A DNA stretch of 64,000 nt from an uncultured Verrucomicrobiae bacterium (GCA_963788655.1 CAWBHS010000072.1:409250-473249); one strand, 5' to 3'; positions 10,780 to 23,083 are shown, counted from the first letter of the stretch. Made by a program: numbers and translations. Notes: generated from the letters alone by a model not told the origin.

Positions 10780-11069
10780 AAAGATCCAATCGTTCTTAAT
10801 TAATTGTAGCCCAACTGCAAGCTCTCCGGTCACTTCCCCAATCCTGGCTCGGCGAACGATGCTCTTAAGGAACTACAAACACTCCACCCGGCATGGGTTT
10901 CGGCTGATTGTCCTTAGCGATCCCCGCCAATCGGCAGGAAGGGTTCACCATGAGAACAACGGATTGAAGCCGAACGCCGCATAAAAGTCAATGCTTTATT
11001 CCGGGGTGTTCGTAGTCGCCTTAGCAGTCGAGGCAGGAGATGCGGTGCATAAAGTAATTGCCTTCTTGA

Positions 11070-11349
11070 CGTAGCGACGTCGCGGAAGAGCGCCGCTGAC
11101 CGACTTTGACAAAAACCGCGGCGCTCTGCCGCGATGCCGTTGCGTTGCCGGGAGCTTCAAAATGTGACTAGCGCTTGGTTGTGAACGACCTGTATTCAGT
11201 CGCGCCAGCGTTTGGAGTGCGCCCGGCTTGCCGGCGCTTTCAAATGGGGAGCGATGGCCAAACTGTTGCCGGCGCCGAATTGATTTAGGAACGTGCGGCG
11301 GCGTGCGAAAGCGGGAGCAAGCTCCACGCACTCCAAACGCTGGCGCGAG
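11070..11349. repeat. REP-like cluster (GTAGCG..GAGCGCCGC pair and family A inverted pair)
   Basis: 11070-11143 inverted pair related to 53038-53063; 11200-11241 and 11307-11349 family A inverted pair. Confidence 0.8.
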
Positions 11350-11414
11350 TCATCGTCCGCTGGGTCGTGTTGTGCGGCACCGACCACCTGGCGCCGTACC
11401 TCCCAATCGCAATC

Positions 11415-12267
11415 CTACTGCTTACCGTCCACGGGCACGTCAAACTGTGGCAACGGAACCGGACTGTGTTCGACCATCGAGCGGAGCTTCAAAACGTTCT
11501 TGGTTGGCCCGCCCGTTTCCAGGAAGAACCAATCGCCATCCAGTCCGGCATTAATCGTATCCTTGGCTTCCCAGATCGAGCCGGAAGCAGTGAAACGGGC
11601 GCGGGTCAAGGCCAGCCAATCGCCGTTGGCATTCCTCACCCAGCCCTGGCCAAACCGCGCGCGCCGACGTTCCTGGGCGCTTTTGCCATCGCGACGGAAA
11701 TCCTCGATAAACGAGTAATAGCCCTTGAGCGGTTGGCCGCCAGTGCGGGTGCGAAAGGTCGCCAAATGACGCCACTTCTTGGGCGCTGTTATCGAACACG
11801 TAACCGGCGTAAGCGGTCTTGTTGCTCTCGACCAGCCCGCGCACCAAGAACCGATTGGTTCCGCCCGGTTGCCAATTGAACTCGCCCATACACTGGCCAC
11901 CGGTGCCTTCGCCACCGAAACGCCGGATGCGCACGTTCGGATCGCTGAATAAACACTCGACGCGATCTTTTTCCTCGACCGCATTCGCATTGTTGCCTCG
12001 GGTGGGATCCCAGACGGAAAAGAGGATGACCTTCCGTCCATTGCCCAGTTCCTGGATGCCGAAATAGCCCGTGTTCCAACCGCAGGCCATGAAGTAGCTG
12101 CCCGGCACGGATTCATCCACGATCATTTCGTTGTAGAACAGTTCGGCTTCCGGAGCTTGCCAGGCCAAATGAACCGAACGGGCCGCGCGCGGCGCCGAAT
12201 TCGATTCCGCGGCGGTTGCGGACAGAAGGGCAAACGCCGCCAACAAGGTAATGAGCAATGTTTTCAT
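11415..12267 (-). CDS. secreted DUF3472 domain protein, frameshift near 11780
   Basis: Signal peptide; ARSVHL..FYNEM..GSYFMACGW..GYFGIQEL..LFSVWDP; continues YSFIEDFRRDG..GWVR in frame of ORF 11415..12116. Confidence 0.8.
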
Positions 12268-12332
12268 AGAGATAGCTGTGGTTCAGAAAACGCAGGTCCA
12301 TCCTTCGGGATCAAGCTGAATCTTGAATCGCC

Positions 12333-12479
12333 GGGTAGCGCGTCCGCCCCGGGCGCCGTCAACGGCGCCTCGCCGTTGACTCCAAACGTCGTAAGGCGGC
12401 CGCTTGAAATTGAGCGTCCCGTTTGCAGTGTTTCGGTGCGAGGCGCACCGAATGACAGGCGGGGCGCCTGTGCTCCCCA
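12333..12479. repeat. double-hairpin REP-like inverted pair (GGG(T)AGCGC..CCTCGC family)
   Basis: 12333-12380 and reverse copy 12431-12479, each with two tandem hairpins; related copies at 1435, 38869, 43462. Confidence 0.7.
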
Positions 12480-12506
12480 ATTGCCGCGCATTCACGACGT
12501 ATACCT

Positions 12507-13700
12507 TCACCGGCTGCGAATCTCCCGCCGGTATTTCAAAGGCGTTTTGCCGATCTCGGATCGGAACACGTAGGCGAGGTATTCCGGGGAACCAAAGCCA
12601 GCGGCCTCGGCGACGTCGGGGATGGGCAGATCGGTTTCGACCAGCAAGCGTTTGGCGTGATCAAAGTGGGCCCGCCGGATTTCACTGGCCGGCGAGCGGC
12701 CGAGCACCTGCATGAAACGCCGTTCCAACACACGGCGCGAGATGCCGGCCTGCCGTGCGACTTCATTCACTTGGATGGGGCGCGCCGTGTTTTGCCGGAT
12801 AAAGCTCAGAGCCTTGACCAGCGCCCGGTCGCGAATAGCCAGCGTATCTGTGGACTGTCGCGTCATCACTCCCAACGGGGCGAATAGGACGGGCCTTTTC
12901 GGGGCGGGCCGGCCCTGCATCAACCGGTCCAGCAATTCCGCGGCTCGATGGCCGATTTGCTCGGCGGCCACCAGCAGCGCGGAGAGCGGCACGTGCAGCA
13001 GCTCGCACAGCACGTCATCATCGGCGCCGCTGATCACCGCCACTTCTTCCGGCACCAGCAGGCCGGTCATTTGGCAGGCGTAAATGATTTCCCGGCTGCT
13101 GCTCGGATTCCAGGTCAACACCCCGACCGGCTTCGGCAGGCTTTGCAACCATTGGCCGAGTTTGGCGAGGTTCAAATTCCAATCCGGTTCGGCGCCCAGG
13201 CGGGGTTTGACGGCGTACACCGCACAATCGTATCCGGCGCGTCTGACGGCCTGGAGGAAGGCATCCTGTTGGATTGCCACGTAGGAGAGTCCCAACAAAC
13301 TGAAGTAGGCGAAGTGCTGGAAGCCGCGATCGAGAAAATGTTTAAGCACCAATGCCGCCGCTGCCTGCATGTCGGTCGTAACTCGGGGAAAATCAATCTC
13401 CGGCAATTTAATGCCGGAGACATTGACCACCGGCAGCCGCAGGCTTTTTAGTTCCTGCGCCATCGGCAGGTTACCGATTCGGGCAATGACGCCGTCGCCT
13501 TGCCAGCCGGCCGGCACGCGCAGGCGTTCCTCCATGCCACGCGCTTCGACAAAGAGTTGCCAGGAACCGTGCTTGCGGGCGTAATTGTGGATGCCCTGCA
13601 AAATGCGGCGTCCCCAACTCGTGGAGGTATCGACCAGCACCGCGACGCGCGGAATGCTGCCCCGGTTGGTCGGCGGTGCGACTTTTTTGGAAGTGTTCAT
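12507..13700 (-). CDS. XylR-type transcriptional regulator (periplasmic-binding-protein-like sensor + AraC HTH)
   Basis: RVAVLVDTSTSWGRRILQGI..WQGDGVIARI, RQSTD, C-terminal AraC signature VAEAAGFGSPEYLAYVFRSEIGKTPLKYR. Confidence 0.92.
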   Translation of the reverse strand: MNTSKKVAPPTNRGSIPRVAVLVDTSTSWGRRILQGIHNYARKHGSWQLFVEARGMEERLRVPAGWQGDGVIARIGNLPMAQELKSLRLPVVNVSGIKLPEIDFPRVTTDMQAAAALVLKHFLDRGFQHFAYFSLLGLSYVAIQQDAFLQAVRRAGYDCAVYAVKPRLGAEPDWNLNLAKLGQWLQSLPKPVGVLTWNPSSSREIIYACQMTGLLVPEEVAVISGADDDVLCELLHVPLSALLVAAEQIGHRAAELLDRLMQGRPAPKRPVLFAPLGVMTRQSTDTLAIRDRALVKALSFIRQNTARPIQVNEVARQAGISRRVLERRFMQVLGRSPASEIRRAHFDHAKRLLVETDLPIPDVAEAAGFGSPEYLAYVFRSEIGKTPLKYRREIRSR

Positions 13701-13708
13701 CGAACTGC

Positions 13709-13773
13709 CGCAATTTCTTAGAACATAAACGCGATAATTTCTACGGTATTCGGAACGGTTGTGCCAGTATGTT
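13709..13773 (+). promoter_or_regulatory. candidate XylR/AraC-type operator (CGC-N18-CGC) and -10 element upstream of the MFS gene
   Basis: CGCAATTTCTTAGAACATAAACGC matches 27521-27544 at 18/24 positions; TATGTT at 13768. Confidence 0.4.
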
Positions 13774-13922
13774 TCTGAACATGAACTGCCGATGTTGGGC
13801 GGAAGCATGCTGATGTCAGCCCCCGAAATGCGACAATTGAGAACCAACGGCACGGCGGCACCCGTTGACGGGTGGGGCCGCGGGATGCGCGGTTTGGACG
13901 TGATAAACGGGGAGCAGTCCCG

Positions 13923-15317
13923 ATGAAGATTTGCGGACTTCGCTGGTGGGTGGTGGTGCTGATCTTCTTGGCGGCGGTGCTAAACTATGTGGACCGCCAA
14001 ACGCTGTCGGCGCTCGCCCCAACCATTCAGCATGACCTGGGCATGGACGATCAAGGGTACGCCAATATCGTCAACATTTTCCTGGTCGCCTACACCTTGT
14101 CCTATCTCGTCGCGGGCAAACTCGCCGACAAGCTGGGCACGCGTCTCGGGATGTTCATCTTTGTGGCCTGGTGGTCAGTGTCCAACATGCTCACGGCGGC
14201 GGCGCACGGGATGCGTTCCTTGAGCGCGTTTCGCTTTTCGCTCGGTCTGGGCGAGGCGGGCGTGTGGCCGGCGGCTTCCAAAGCGGTGTCCGAGTGGTTC
14301 CCGCCGCGCGAACGGGCGTTGGCCATTGGACTTTACACCATGGGCGCTACCGTGGGCGCGACCGTGGCACCGTACATCGTCATTCCGCTGGCGACGTTTC
14401 CTTACGCTGACAAATTGCCGTTCGTGCAGAACCTCCTGGGTTACGGTGCTGGCTGGCGGTTGGCTTTCTTGTTGACCGGCGTCGTCGGCCTGCTGTGGTT
14501 GGTGCCCTGGCTATGGCTGTATCGCGTGCCGCGTCAAAGCAAGTTGATCCGCGAGGCGGAACTTCGGCTCATCGAGGAAACGCCGGCCAATGAAAGTCGC
14601 GGCGAGACGGTGGCACCGGAAACATCATGGACCTGGAGGCAGGTGTTCACCTGTCGGGCGACGTGGCTTTTGTTGTTCGGGCGGCTGATTACTGATCCCG
14701 CCTGGTATTTCTACCAATTTTGGTTCCCCAAGTATTTGAACACCGACCGTCATCTTTCCCAGGAGCAACTCAAGATCACCTGGATTGTCTATGCTGCCGC
14801 GGGCGTCGGCAGTCTGCTGGGCGGCTGGCTCTCGGGCCGACTGGTAAAACGCGGCGTCGCACCCGCCCGCAGCCGGATGTGGATCATGTTGGGCTGCGCA
14901 TGTCTGTTGCCGTTGTCGCCGTTTATCGCCACGGTATCCGGCACCAACGCGGCCATGCTCCTGACCGTCATCACGGTGCTGGCGGCGCTGGCGTGGTTGA
15001 TCAACATCAGCGCCATCATTGTTGATGTCATTCCGCAGCATTCGCTGGGCACGGTCTTCAGCGTGGTGGCGGCCGGTAGCACCATCGGTGGCATGATCAT
15101 GAACAAAATTGTGGCGGCGATGGTTTCCGGTCCAACGTCGGGGCCGGCGGGATTCCTGGACCAGGCCCTCAATTCCGTGTTTGGCGGTCTGCTGCACGCG
15201 GTGCAGGGCAAGGGCTACGCCGAATGGTTTCTTATCATGGCCTTCCTTCACCCGTTCGCCTGGCTGATGCTCAAGTTCGGCGGCGTCGAGCAAAGCGGCA
15301 TTCAAAGCAAAAGGTAA
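13923..15317 (+). CDS. MFS transporter, ACS/ExuT-like (hexuronate/sugar-acid)
   Basis: LRWW..LNYVDRQTLS, GKLADKLGTR, LGLGEAG.WPAASKAVSEWFP..ER, ITDPAWYFYQFWFPKYL; about 12 TM. Confidence 0.92.
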   Translation: MKICGLRWWVVVLIFLAAVLNYVDRQTLSALAPTIQHDLGMDDQGYANIVNIFLVAYTLSYLVAGKLADKLGTRLGMFIFVAWWSVSNMLTAAAHGMRSLSAFRFSLGLGEAGVWPAASKAVSEWFPPRERALAIGLYTMGATVGATVAPYIVIPLATFPYADKLPFVQNLLGYGAGWRLAFLLTGVVGLLWLVPWLWLYRVPRQSKLIREAELRLIEETPANESRGETVAPETSWTWRQVFTCRATWLLLFGRLITDPAWYFYQFWFPKYLNTDRHLSQEQLKITWIVYAAAGVGSLLGGWLSGRLVKRGVAPARSRMWIMLGCACLLPLSPFIATVSGTNAAMLLTVITVLAALAWLINISAIIVDVIPQHSLGTVFSVVAAGSTIGGMIMNKIVAAMVSGPTSGPAGFLDQALNSVFGGLLHAVQGKGYAEWFLIMAFLHPFAWLMLKFGGVEQSGIQSKR

Positions 15318-15365
15318 TCATGCAGCGCGAGACGAAATTCTCCCTTCACAGGAACCAAGCAAACT

Positions 15366-15524
15366 GCCGCCAGGTTTTGGAGTGCGCCAATCCTCTGGCG
15401 CTTTTGGTGGTCGCCGGGCTATGCGAATGCGGCAGAGGACTGCCGCACTCCAAGCCGCTCGCGCGCCGAACATACGCGTTGTTCCTCAGAATGAATTGTA
15501 ACAGCCGACGTGAGGAGGCTCACA
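15366..15524. repeat. REP-like cluster (degenerate family A pair plus family B half)
   Basis: TTTTGGAGTGCG..CGCACTCCAAG inverted pair; GTAACAGCCGACGTGAGGAGGCTCA at 15499. Confidence 0.65.
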
Positions 15525-15555
15525 CTTCAATCTCTCGAAGTTCTTTACAAACAAA

Positions 15556-17820
15556 ATGAAAACCTTGTTTTGCAATCCGCGAAATTTTCTAGCCCTCGCT
15601 GGTCTGCTTGCGGGAATAGACCTCGTTGCCTTCACTTCGCTCGCTGCCCAAGTCAAGGACGCCGGCGACCAGATTCAAATCGTCACGCCGAACTACCGTC
15701 TCGACATCGTCAAGCAGAACTTCCGCTACGGGTTCACCCGACCGGACGGCACGGTCATCGCGGCGCCCAACGACGAGTTCGGTCTGGAGTTTGGCGGCGG
15801 GCATTCGGTGGGCACGACACTGCGTTCGTCCGCTCCGGAGCAAGTGGTGCTCGAACGTCACCAATGACAAAGGCGCGCACGCTACGGTGGCCATCGAGCC
15901 GGGCGACCACTTCGTTCGCTTCAGCGTGACCCAATCCGAAACGAACCGAATTCTGGCGCGCATCGGCGGCATTACGCCAGCGTTCGGGCTGGCGGACCAT
16001 GCGGCATTCGGACGCACCACCACGGACGTGACCGGTTTTTCCGACGGTCATTTCCGTGCGCAGGAACCGCCGGGATCAAAGCGGATGATCAGCAACTTCG
16101 TGATCTCGCCGGAGCGGGGCATCGCCACCGTGAACATGCAGAAGAGCATGAAACTCGTCCGCGTGCGGGCGAACGACACGGCCCAAGGAGTGGCCGCCGC
16201 GACGGAGATGCTGGCGTTGTATTATTTCCTCGGGACGCCGCAGGAGATTTACGCCGCGTATCTGCGGGCGCGTAACCGGGAAGGTTACCCCGTGGACAAA
16301 CCGAAATACGAATTCTTCGGCGTGGGCTGGGAGGCCTTTGGCGCGCTGGGCTGGAACACGAATGAAAAGACCGTCACGGAAAACGTGGAACGCTACTTGC
16401 GTCTCGGCTTTCCGCTGGAATGGATGGTGGTCGGCTCCGGTTTCTGGCCGAATGAGGATCCGAATTTGCAGGCCACGACCAGCTTTGGGATGTGGGACAA
16501 GCAGCGTTACCCCGATCCGCGGAGATTCATTGAGCACTTCAAGAGTCGTGGGTTGAAATTCTTTCTCGGTCTCCGGATCGCGTTTATCGAGGACGGACCG
16601 TATTCGGCGGAGGGCGTGGCGAAGGGCTATTTCCTGAAAGAGAACGGGAAGGCCAAAGCGTGGCAACTCGGTTTCCCTCGGCGCCCCGCTTACCTGTTGG
16701 ACGGCGAAAATCCCGAAGCGGTGAAGTGGTATGTGGCCCTTTGCCAAAAGTGGATGGATTACGGCGTGGATGGTTTCAAGGAAGACCTGTTCGGTTATCG
16801 GGTCGCGCATACGCTCGATGGCAACATTGATCCCGTAAACCAAGCGTTGATGGAGAAAGGCGTGTTCATCATGGGGCGTAACGCGTATTTAGGCTCCGCC
16901 TGCGACATCCACCGAATCGAAGATTTCAACTTCGGCCAAAACCAGGACCGCGGTCCGATCAACGTGCTGGCGTTTGCCTACAGCGGCTTTCCCTACCCCT
17001 ATCCCGACATAACCGGCGGCACGTTCGGCGAGGGCCGCAAGACGCCGCCGTTGACCAGTCCACAAATGCAGAACTACATGATGCGCTTGGCGCAGTTCGA
17101 TTCCGTGAATCCGGCGATGGCCGTCGGTATGGGACCGTGGCACTTCGGGGAAAAGGTCGAACAGGTGATGCTCGAGCGGCGCAGTTGCACGCGCGGCTGC
17201 AGCCCTACATTTACAGCGCTGCCGTAGATGCCTATGAAACCGGTTTCCCCTGGACCATGACGCCGCTGCCGCTGGCGTTCCCGAACGATCCGCAGGTCTA
17301 TGGCCGCGAAAACACCACCGTGCGGGGTTACGAATGGCTGTTCGGCCCGTCGCTGCTGGCCTGTCCGCTCTACGGCAACGACTACGCCACCGCCACGACG
17401 CGTGATGTGTATTTGCCCGCCGGGAAGTGGGTGGATTTCGACACTGGCGAGGTTCACATGGGGCCAAAGCTACTGCAGAATTTCCCGTTGCCGCCTGGCA
17501 AAACGCCGCTTTTCGTCGGCGGCAAAGGCGTGCTCGTGTTGCGCGATCTCAAGGACGACACTCTCCAGGCCAAGGTTTACCCGATCACGCCCCGCGGCTC
17601 CACTTATCGCTTCACGTATCGGGATGGCGTGACCCGCAGTTCCATCGTCAACGCCAATACTGGCTGGGACCAACTCGCCGTCCTCGACACGACTGACAAC
17701 CAACCGGTGAAATTCGAGCGGGAAGCCCAGACCGAAGCTATTCGGTTCGCCATCATTCCCGGCCACAATTACCGGGTAAGCGACCGACAGTCATCCAACT
17801 CTGGCAAAGCTGGAGATTGA
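15556..17820 (+). CDS. secreted GH31-family glycoside hydrolase, frameshifts near 15860 and 17178
   Basis: Signal peptide; WDKQRYPDP, GVDGFKEDL (nucleophile), RIEDF, EWLFGPSLLACP, VYLPAGKWVD across three consecutive ORFs. Confidence 0.85.
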
Positions 17821-17899
17821 AAATGATAAACAACTTAACACGGCTCAGATTTTCCAGCGGTGTGCGCGAAGCGGCGAGACGGTGTTGGCGAACGACACC

Positions 17900-18076
17900 T
17901 TCCCCCTCACCCCAGCCCTCTCCCTTGGGGAGAGGGAGCACCATTTGCCGCCAACCTCGGGAAGCGAAGCTCTCGGAAAACTGGTCACTTGGCTCCTGCA
18001 AATTCAGCATCGAGCCAACCGAGCGCCTCATCAGCTGTTCCCTCTCCCTGGGGGAGAGGGTCAGGGTGAGGGGGAA
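17900..18076. repeat. REP-like inverted pair (CCCCTCACCCCAGCCCTCTCCC..GGGAGAGGG)
   Basis: 17900-17940 and its reverse complement 18036-18076. Confidence 0.8.
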
Positions 18077-18171
18077 ACACGGAGCTCCACAAAGAAGTTC
18101 GCTTCGAGATGTTTCCCTTACGTCCAACGCTACGACTCCTCCATCCACACCGGATATTTTCCTGAAAAATT

Positions 18172-18906
18172 ATGAAAGCCATATTCCTCCTTTCTCTGAC
18201 CCTTGCTTGCGCTGTCCAAGCCGCGCCACCGCCAGGCTACAAACTGGCCTGGGCGGATGAATTCGATGGCAGCAAACTCGACCCCAACAAGTGGGCTTAC
18301 CGCACCGACAGTAAACATTGGAGCACACAGAAACCGGAGAACGTGTCAGTGGCTGACGGTAAGTTGATCCTGGCCGTGAAGAAGGAAGCAGCCAGTGGCA
18401 AGAACTACACTGGCGCCGGCGTCATCAGCCGCCAGGCCTTTAAGTATGGTTATTACGAAGCCCGCTTCAAAGTTCCGCCGGGCGCGGGGTGGCACACTTC
18501 GTTCTGGATGATGAAACACGATGGCTCCGGGAGCACCATGTGGCAGGCCACCGCCCAGGAACTCGACGTGTGCGAGAACGATTCGGCCAAGCCGACCAGC
18601 TATGGTGCCAACACGCACCTTTGGAATCCACCGCCGCACCGGGCCTTCGGCCACAAGACCGTTTCCACACCAAACCTGGCGGCGGACTTTCACGTTTTCG
18701 GCTGCGAGTTCACCCCGCAGGTGGTGAAATATTTTTTTGAGAGCAAGCTGGTGCAGACGGTGGATGCCACTCAGTTCCCGCATAGTGACCAGAACATCTG
18801 GCTGACCACCATCGCCTCCCACCTCGGCGGTATCAAAGCTGTGGAGGACAGCAAGCTGCCCGCAGCAGCGGTGTTCGACTACGTTCGCTTCTACGAGAAA
18901 CAATAA
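18172..18906 (+). CDS. secreted GH16 glycoside hydrolase
   Basis: Signal peptide; WADEFDG, YGYYEARFK, catalytic ExDxxE motif ELDVCE, DYVRFYE. Confidence 0.92.
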   Translation: MKAIFLLSLTLACAVQAAPPPGYKLAWADEFDGSKLDPNKWAYRTDSKHWSTQKPENVSVADGKLILAVKKEAASGKNYTGAGVISRQAFKYGYYEARFKVPPGAGWHTSFWMMKHDGSGSTMWQATAQELDVCENDSAKPTSYGANTHLWNPPPHRAFGHKTVSTPNLAADFHVFGCEFTPQVVKYFFESKLVQTVDATQFPHSDQNIWLTTIASHLGGIKAVEDSKLPAAAVFDYVRFYEKQ

Positions 18907-18976
18907 ACAAGCAAATGGCTGACCAGAGCATGCTCGCCCTTGCAGACTTTGGCCGAGTTAGGGTTTACTGGCGCTC

Positions 18977-21900
18977 ATGATTCCGACCTTCAAGCCGTTC
19001 TCTCTATTTGCCGCCGTCCTGCTGTTGGCCACCGCGCTGGCGCATGCCGATGACCTGGAACAAGCGTTCACCCATCCGCCCCAATCCGCCAAGCCCGGCG
19101 TGTGGTGGCATTGGATGGGGTGCAACGTGACGAAGGACGGCATCACCCGCGACCTGGAAGCGCTCAAGGCTGCCGGCTTTGGCAGCGCGACGATTTTCGG
19201 TATGGCCGATGTTTGCACGCCCTGGGCGGGCCGGATTGAAAACAGTCCAACTGCCGGATTGGTTGCGTTCACCGACCCATGGTGGCAACTGGTCCGCCAC
19301 GCGGCCGCTGAAGGACGCCGGCTGAGTCTCGACGTGGGCATTCACAATTGTCCCGGTTACGAGAGCAGCGGCGGACCGTGGATCCCGTCGGAGTTGTCGA
19401 TGCTGGAAGTCTGTTCCTCGCAAACACCCGCCACCGGATCGGGCAGGATCAGTCTCGCGCTGCCCCAACCGAAGGTCGATCCGCGTTCGACCATGCCCTT
19501 TCCCGTGTTCAATCCCGAAACCGGCAAAGTCGAGAAACCGGTGGTGCCAGCGCGGCAAACCTTTTATCGCGACATTGCCCTGGTGGCTTTGCCCGCCGAA
19601 GGCGTGGTGGCGAAGGGGCAGGTGATTAACCTGACCGGCCAGAACGAGTGGGACGCGCCGCCGGGGAAATGGATCATTTACCGGTTCGGTTACACGACCC
19701 AGGGAAAGATGACGCAGCCGAATCAATGGGAGGCCCGCGGATTGGAATGCGACAAGATGAGCGAGGCAGCGGTTACGTTCCATATAGACCATCTTCTCAG
19801 CGGCATGAAACGTAATCTGGGCGATCTCATCGGCACCGGCCTGAAATACGTCCTCTTCGATAGCTACGAAGCCGGCAGCCCTTCGTGGACGCCGCGGATG
19901 CGCGAGGAGTTCACGGCGCGCCGGGGTTACGACCTCACGCCGTTTCTGGCGACCTTCGCCGGACGCACGGTGGGCAGCCCCGCCGACACCGCCAAGTTCA
20001 AAGCCGATTTCAATCGGACCATCGAGGATCTTTACCGTGACGTTTACTTCCCGACTGTGCAACGAATGCTGCACGCGGCGGATCTGCAATTTGCGTGCGA
20101 GCCCTATGGCGGGCCGTGGCGCGTGGGCGAAGTCGCGCCGTACGTAGATCGCGTGATGACGGAATTCTGGACTAGCAACGACGGGTTTCGCGGCAGTGTG
20201 CCGGGCGGCATTCTGAACGCGGCCAACGGTGGTTCACACAATATTCTCGCGGCGGAAGCCTTTACCGGCGCGCCCGAGAACAGTCAGTGGACGGAGTATC
20301 CGGAGTGGCTCAAGCCGATTGGCGATGGAGCATTCCTGGCCGGCATCAACCGGCTCGTGCTGCACCATTGCGTGCTCCAGCCGTGGGACGACCGCTATCG
20401 CCCAGGCAACACGATGGGCCGCTGGGGCACCCACTTCGGACGACTCCAAACGTGGTGGGGGCAGGGCCATGCTTGGGTGCAATATCTCAGCCGTTGCCAG
20501 GCACTCCTGCAATGGGGGCAACCGGCGCCAGACGATTTCGCCAACGAAAGCGGTCTTTCCGTGCGCAGCCTCCATCGGCGGGGGGAAGGCGCGGATGTCT
20601 TCTTTGTCGCCAACCCGGCGCGCACCAGCGGTGCGGCGGAGTGCGTGTTCAGCCTGGCGGGGCGGCAACCGGAGTTGTGGGATCCGGTCACCGGCAGCAT
20701 GCGAGATCTGTCGGATTTTCAGATTGTCGATGGCGAAACGTCCCTGTGGTTGGAGTTCGCGCCGGTGCGAAGTTACTTCATTGTTTTCCGCCGGAAGGTC
20801 GCCGCCAACGTGGCGAGGGACCGCGCGAATTTCCCAGTGCTGAGTCCGCGAGCGGAATTGACAGGTCCTTGGGAAGTAAGCTTCGATCCCCAGTGGGGCG
20901 GGCCGGAGCAAGTGCAGTTCGAGCACCTCGACGACTGGACTAAGCGCCCGGAGCCGGGCATCAAGTATTACAGCGGCACCGCCGTCTATCGGACGACGTT
21001 CAACGTCAGCCAATCTGAGATTTTCAAATCTGAAATCTCAATTCCGCCTCTCCCTCGGTACCGTTCACCACCTCGCGCGCGTGCGACTCAACGGCCAGAA
21101 TCTGGGCATCATCTGGTGCGCACCATGGAGCGTGGCATTACCCGCCGGCTTGCTCAAAGCCATTGGCAATCGCCTGGAAATCGAAGTCGTCAACGTCTGG
21201 GCCAACCGGCTGATTGGCGACGAACAGGAGCCGCCGGATTGCGAATGGCAACCCGGCGACTTGCCCGGGGGCCGCTATCTCAAGCGCTTTCCCGATTGGT
21301 TCGTTCACAACGAGCCGCGACCCTCCCAGGGCCGCTATTGTTTCACGACTTGGAACTACTTCACCAAAGACTCGCCGTTGGTCCCGTCCGGCTTGCTTGG
21401 TCCCGTCCAGTTGATGACTGAGGATTGGACTCGGCACGCCCTACCGACTGCTACCAATCGAGCCAATGCCATCAGGCGCCGAACCAGCAGCCGTTCGACC
21501 GCGGCTTTCGAGTCGGACGTGCAGAAAGCCGGATTGGTTGCTTGTGGTCGCATCACCGAAGAGCGCGTGGTTCACGCCGGTGGCGGCAGCGACGCCAGCG
21601 CGTTGTTCAACGGCACCACGAAAAACGGCTCCGGCGGCGACGAAACCGCAGACGACGGCAAGACCTTCCGCGGTTATGGCGCCGGCAGTGTGCTCACCAT
21701 TCAACTCACTGCGCCGCACGACTTGACCGAAATTCGCACCTTCGCCGGCCACCCCGACGGCCGCGCCAGCCAGGGCTACACGGTGTCCGTGGCGCGTGCC
21801 GCCGAGCCAAAGAAGTTTGTGGAGCTCACCATGGCCGTGTTGGAATGCGTCGGCGGTGCATCGGAATTGCGCGCGCCCGTGAAGGCGAAAGCCGTCGTGG

Positions 21901-21989
21901 CGGTGCGCTTCGAGTTTCAGGACGGCCCGCTCGGCTTCAACGTCTATCGCGAAATCAACCTTGTCGGGCAACCGACTAGATCGAGATGA
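18977..21989 (+). CDS. GH106 alpha-L-rhamnosidase-like protein with extra C-terminal discoidin-like domain, frameshift near 21040
   Basis: F..PP.SAKP.VWWHWM..NVTKDGITRDLEA, DSYEAG, AAEAFT, PELWDPVTG, YYSGTAVY; then NRLEIEVVNVWANRLIGD..SGLLGPV in ORF 21081..21989. Confidence 0.88.
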
Positions 21990-22209
21990 CACGAGGACAG
22001 GACGCTTTCTCGTATGGCAGTTGACGGCGTCGGTCGCACGCCCTGAACTGACTTGTGGGCTACTGCTTTTACAGAGCTTTTGGACAAGATGCATGTGCGT
22101 CTCCAGATACTGACGGGTCGTCAAATCGCACTTCGTGTTGCAGGCTTGCCTTACCCAGTTTGTGCCTTTACCGTCCGCTTAGACAAGCGACGGAAACTGA
22201 AAGTGCCGC

Positions 22210-23082
22210 ATGACTACTGAGAAGTTCCTAAAGAAGCTGCAAGACCACACTGGTTCCTTCGCCGCCGCCGTGGCGACGAAGGAAGGCGAGTGGATCATCA
22301 AAGGCTTCATCGATATTGACCGCCACATCTACACGATTTCGGTGGACACCAAGATCGTGTCGAAGGTTCTGGAGTTGCTCCTGTTCCCGATGTTTGTCGA
22401 GTTTGGTAAGAAACACGGGCTACAAATCGAGTTGTGCCCGCAGCAGAATTTCTACCCGGACTTGACGTTCACTGAGCCAAGGTCAGGCTGGAAGTTTGCA
22501 GTGGACATTAAGAGCACTTACCGGACGAGCGAAACAGAGGTGAACGGGATGACGTTAGGCGCGTTCACGGGTTACTTCCGCAATCGCGAGAGCAACAAGA
22601 ACACTCTATATCCGTACAGCCAATACGCTGGGCACTTTGTCGTTGGTGTGATTTACTCCAAGGGCGACGCGGTGGCGGACGAGCGGCGTCAGTTTACATT
22701 GGACGAGCTGCCCACAATTCCGTCGGTAATCAAGGATTTCCATTTCTTCGCGCAGCCGAAATATCGGATCGCGGCCGCACGGCCCGGCAGCGGGAACACG
22801 AAGAACATCGGCTCGGTCACGAAGATCGAACACCTGGTCAAGGGCACTGGGCCTTTTGCCACGCTGGGCGAAGAAGTCTATGATGATTACTGGATGTTCT
22901 ACCTGACGCGCGACATGGCTCAGGCTCTCAACGTCAAACGGCCTTACGCCAGTTTAAGGGAATATGCCGACTACAAACAAAAGGGCATCGAATCCATTCG
23001 CGCGCACGAAAAGCAGATAGCCAAACTGGCCGCAGAGGAACCGGCGGGAGTTGAAGACGAATCCACTGAGAACGAGGAATGA
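22210..23082 (+). CDS. type II restriction endonuclease, EcoRV family
   Basis: DTKIVSKVLEL, QQNFYPD..AVDIKSTY (PD-(D/E)xK), TLGAFT.YFRN, GSGNTKNIGS, all resembling R.EcoRV motifs recalled from memory. Confidence 0.88.
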   Translation: MTTEKFLKKLQDHTGSFAAAVATKEGEWIIKGFIDIDRHIYTISVDTKIVSKVLELLLFPMFVEFGKKHGLQIELCPQQNFYPDLTFTEPRSGWKFAVDIKSTYRTSETEVNGMTLGAFTGYFRNRESNKNTLYPYSQYAGHFVVGVIYSKGDAVADERRQFTLDELPTIPSVIKDFHFFAQPKYRIAAARPGSGNTKNIGSVTKIEHLVKGTGPFATLGEEVYDDYWMFYLTRDMAQALNVKRPYASLREYADYKQKGIESIRAHEKQIAKLAAEEPAGVEDESTENEE

Positions 23083-23083
23083 C

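Noticed and set aside
10780..11000. Possible riboswitch in the leader of the NHL gene
   Set aside because: No conserved riboswitch motif recognisable by eye; needs an Rfam covariance search
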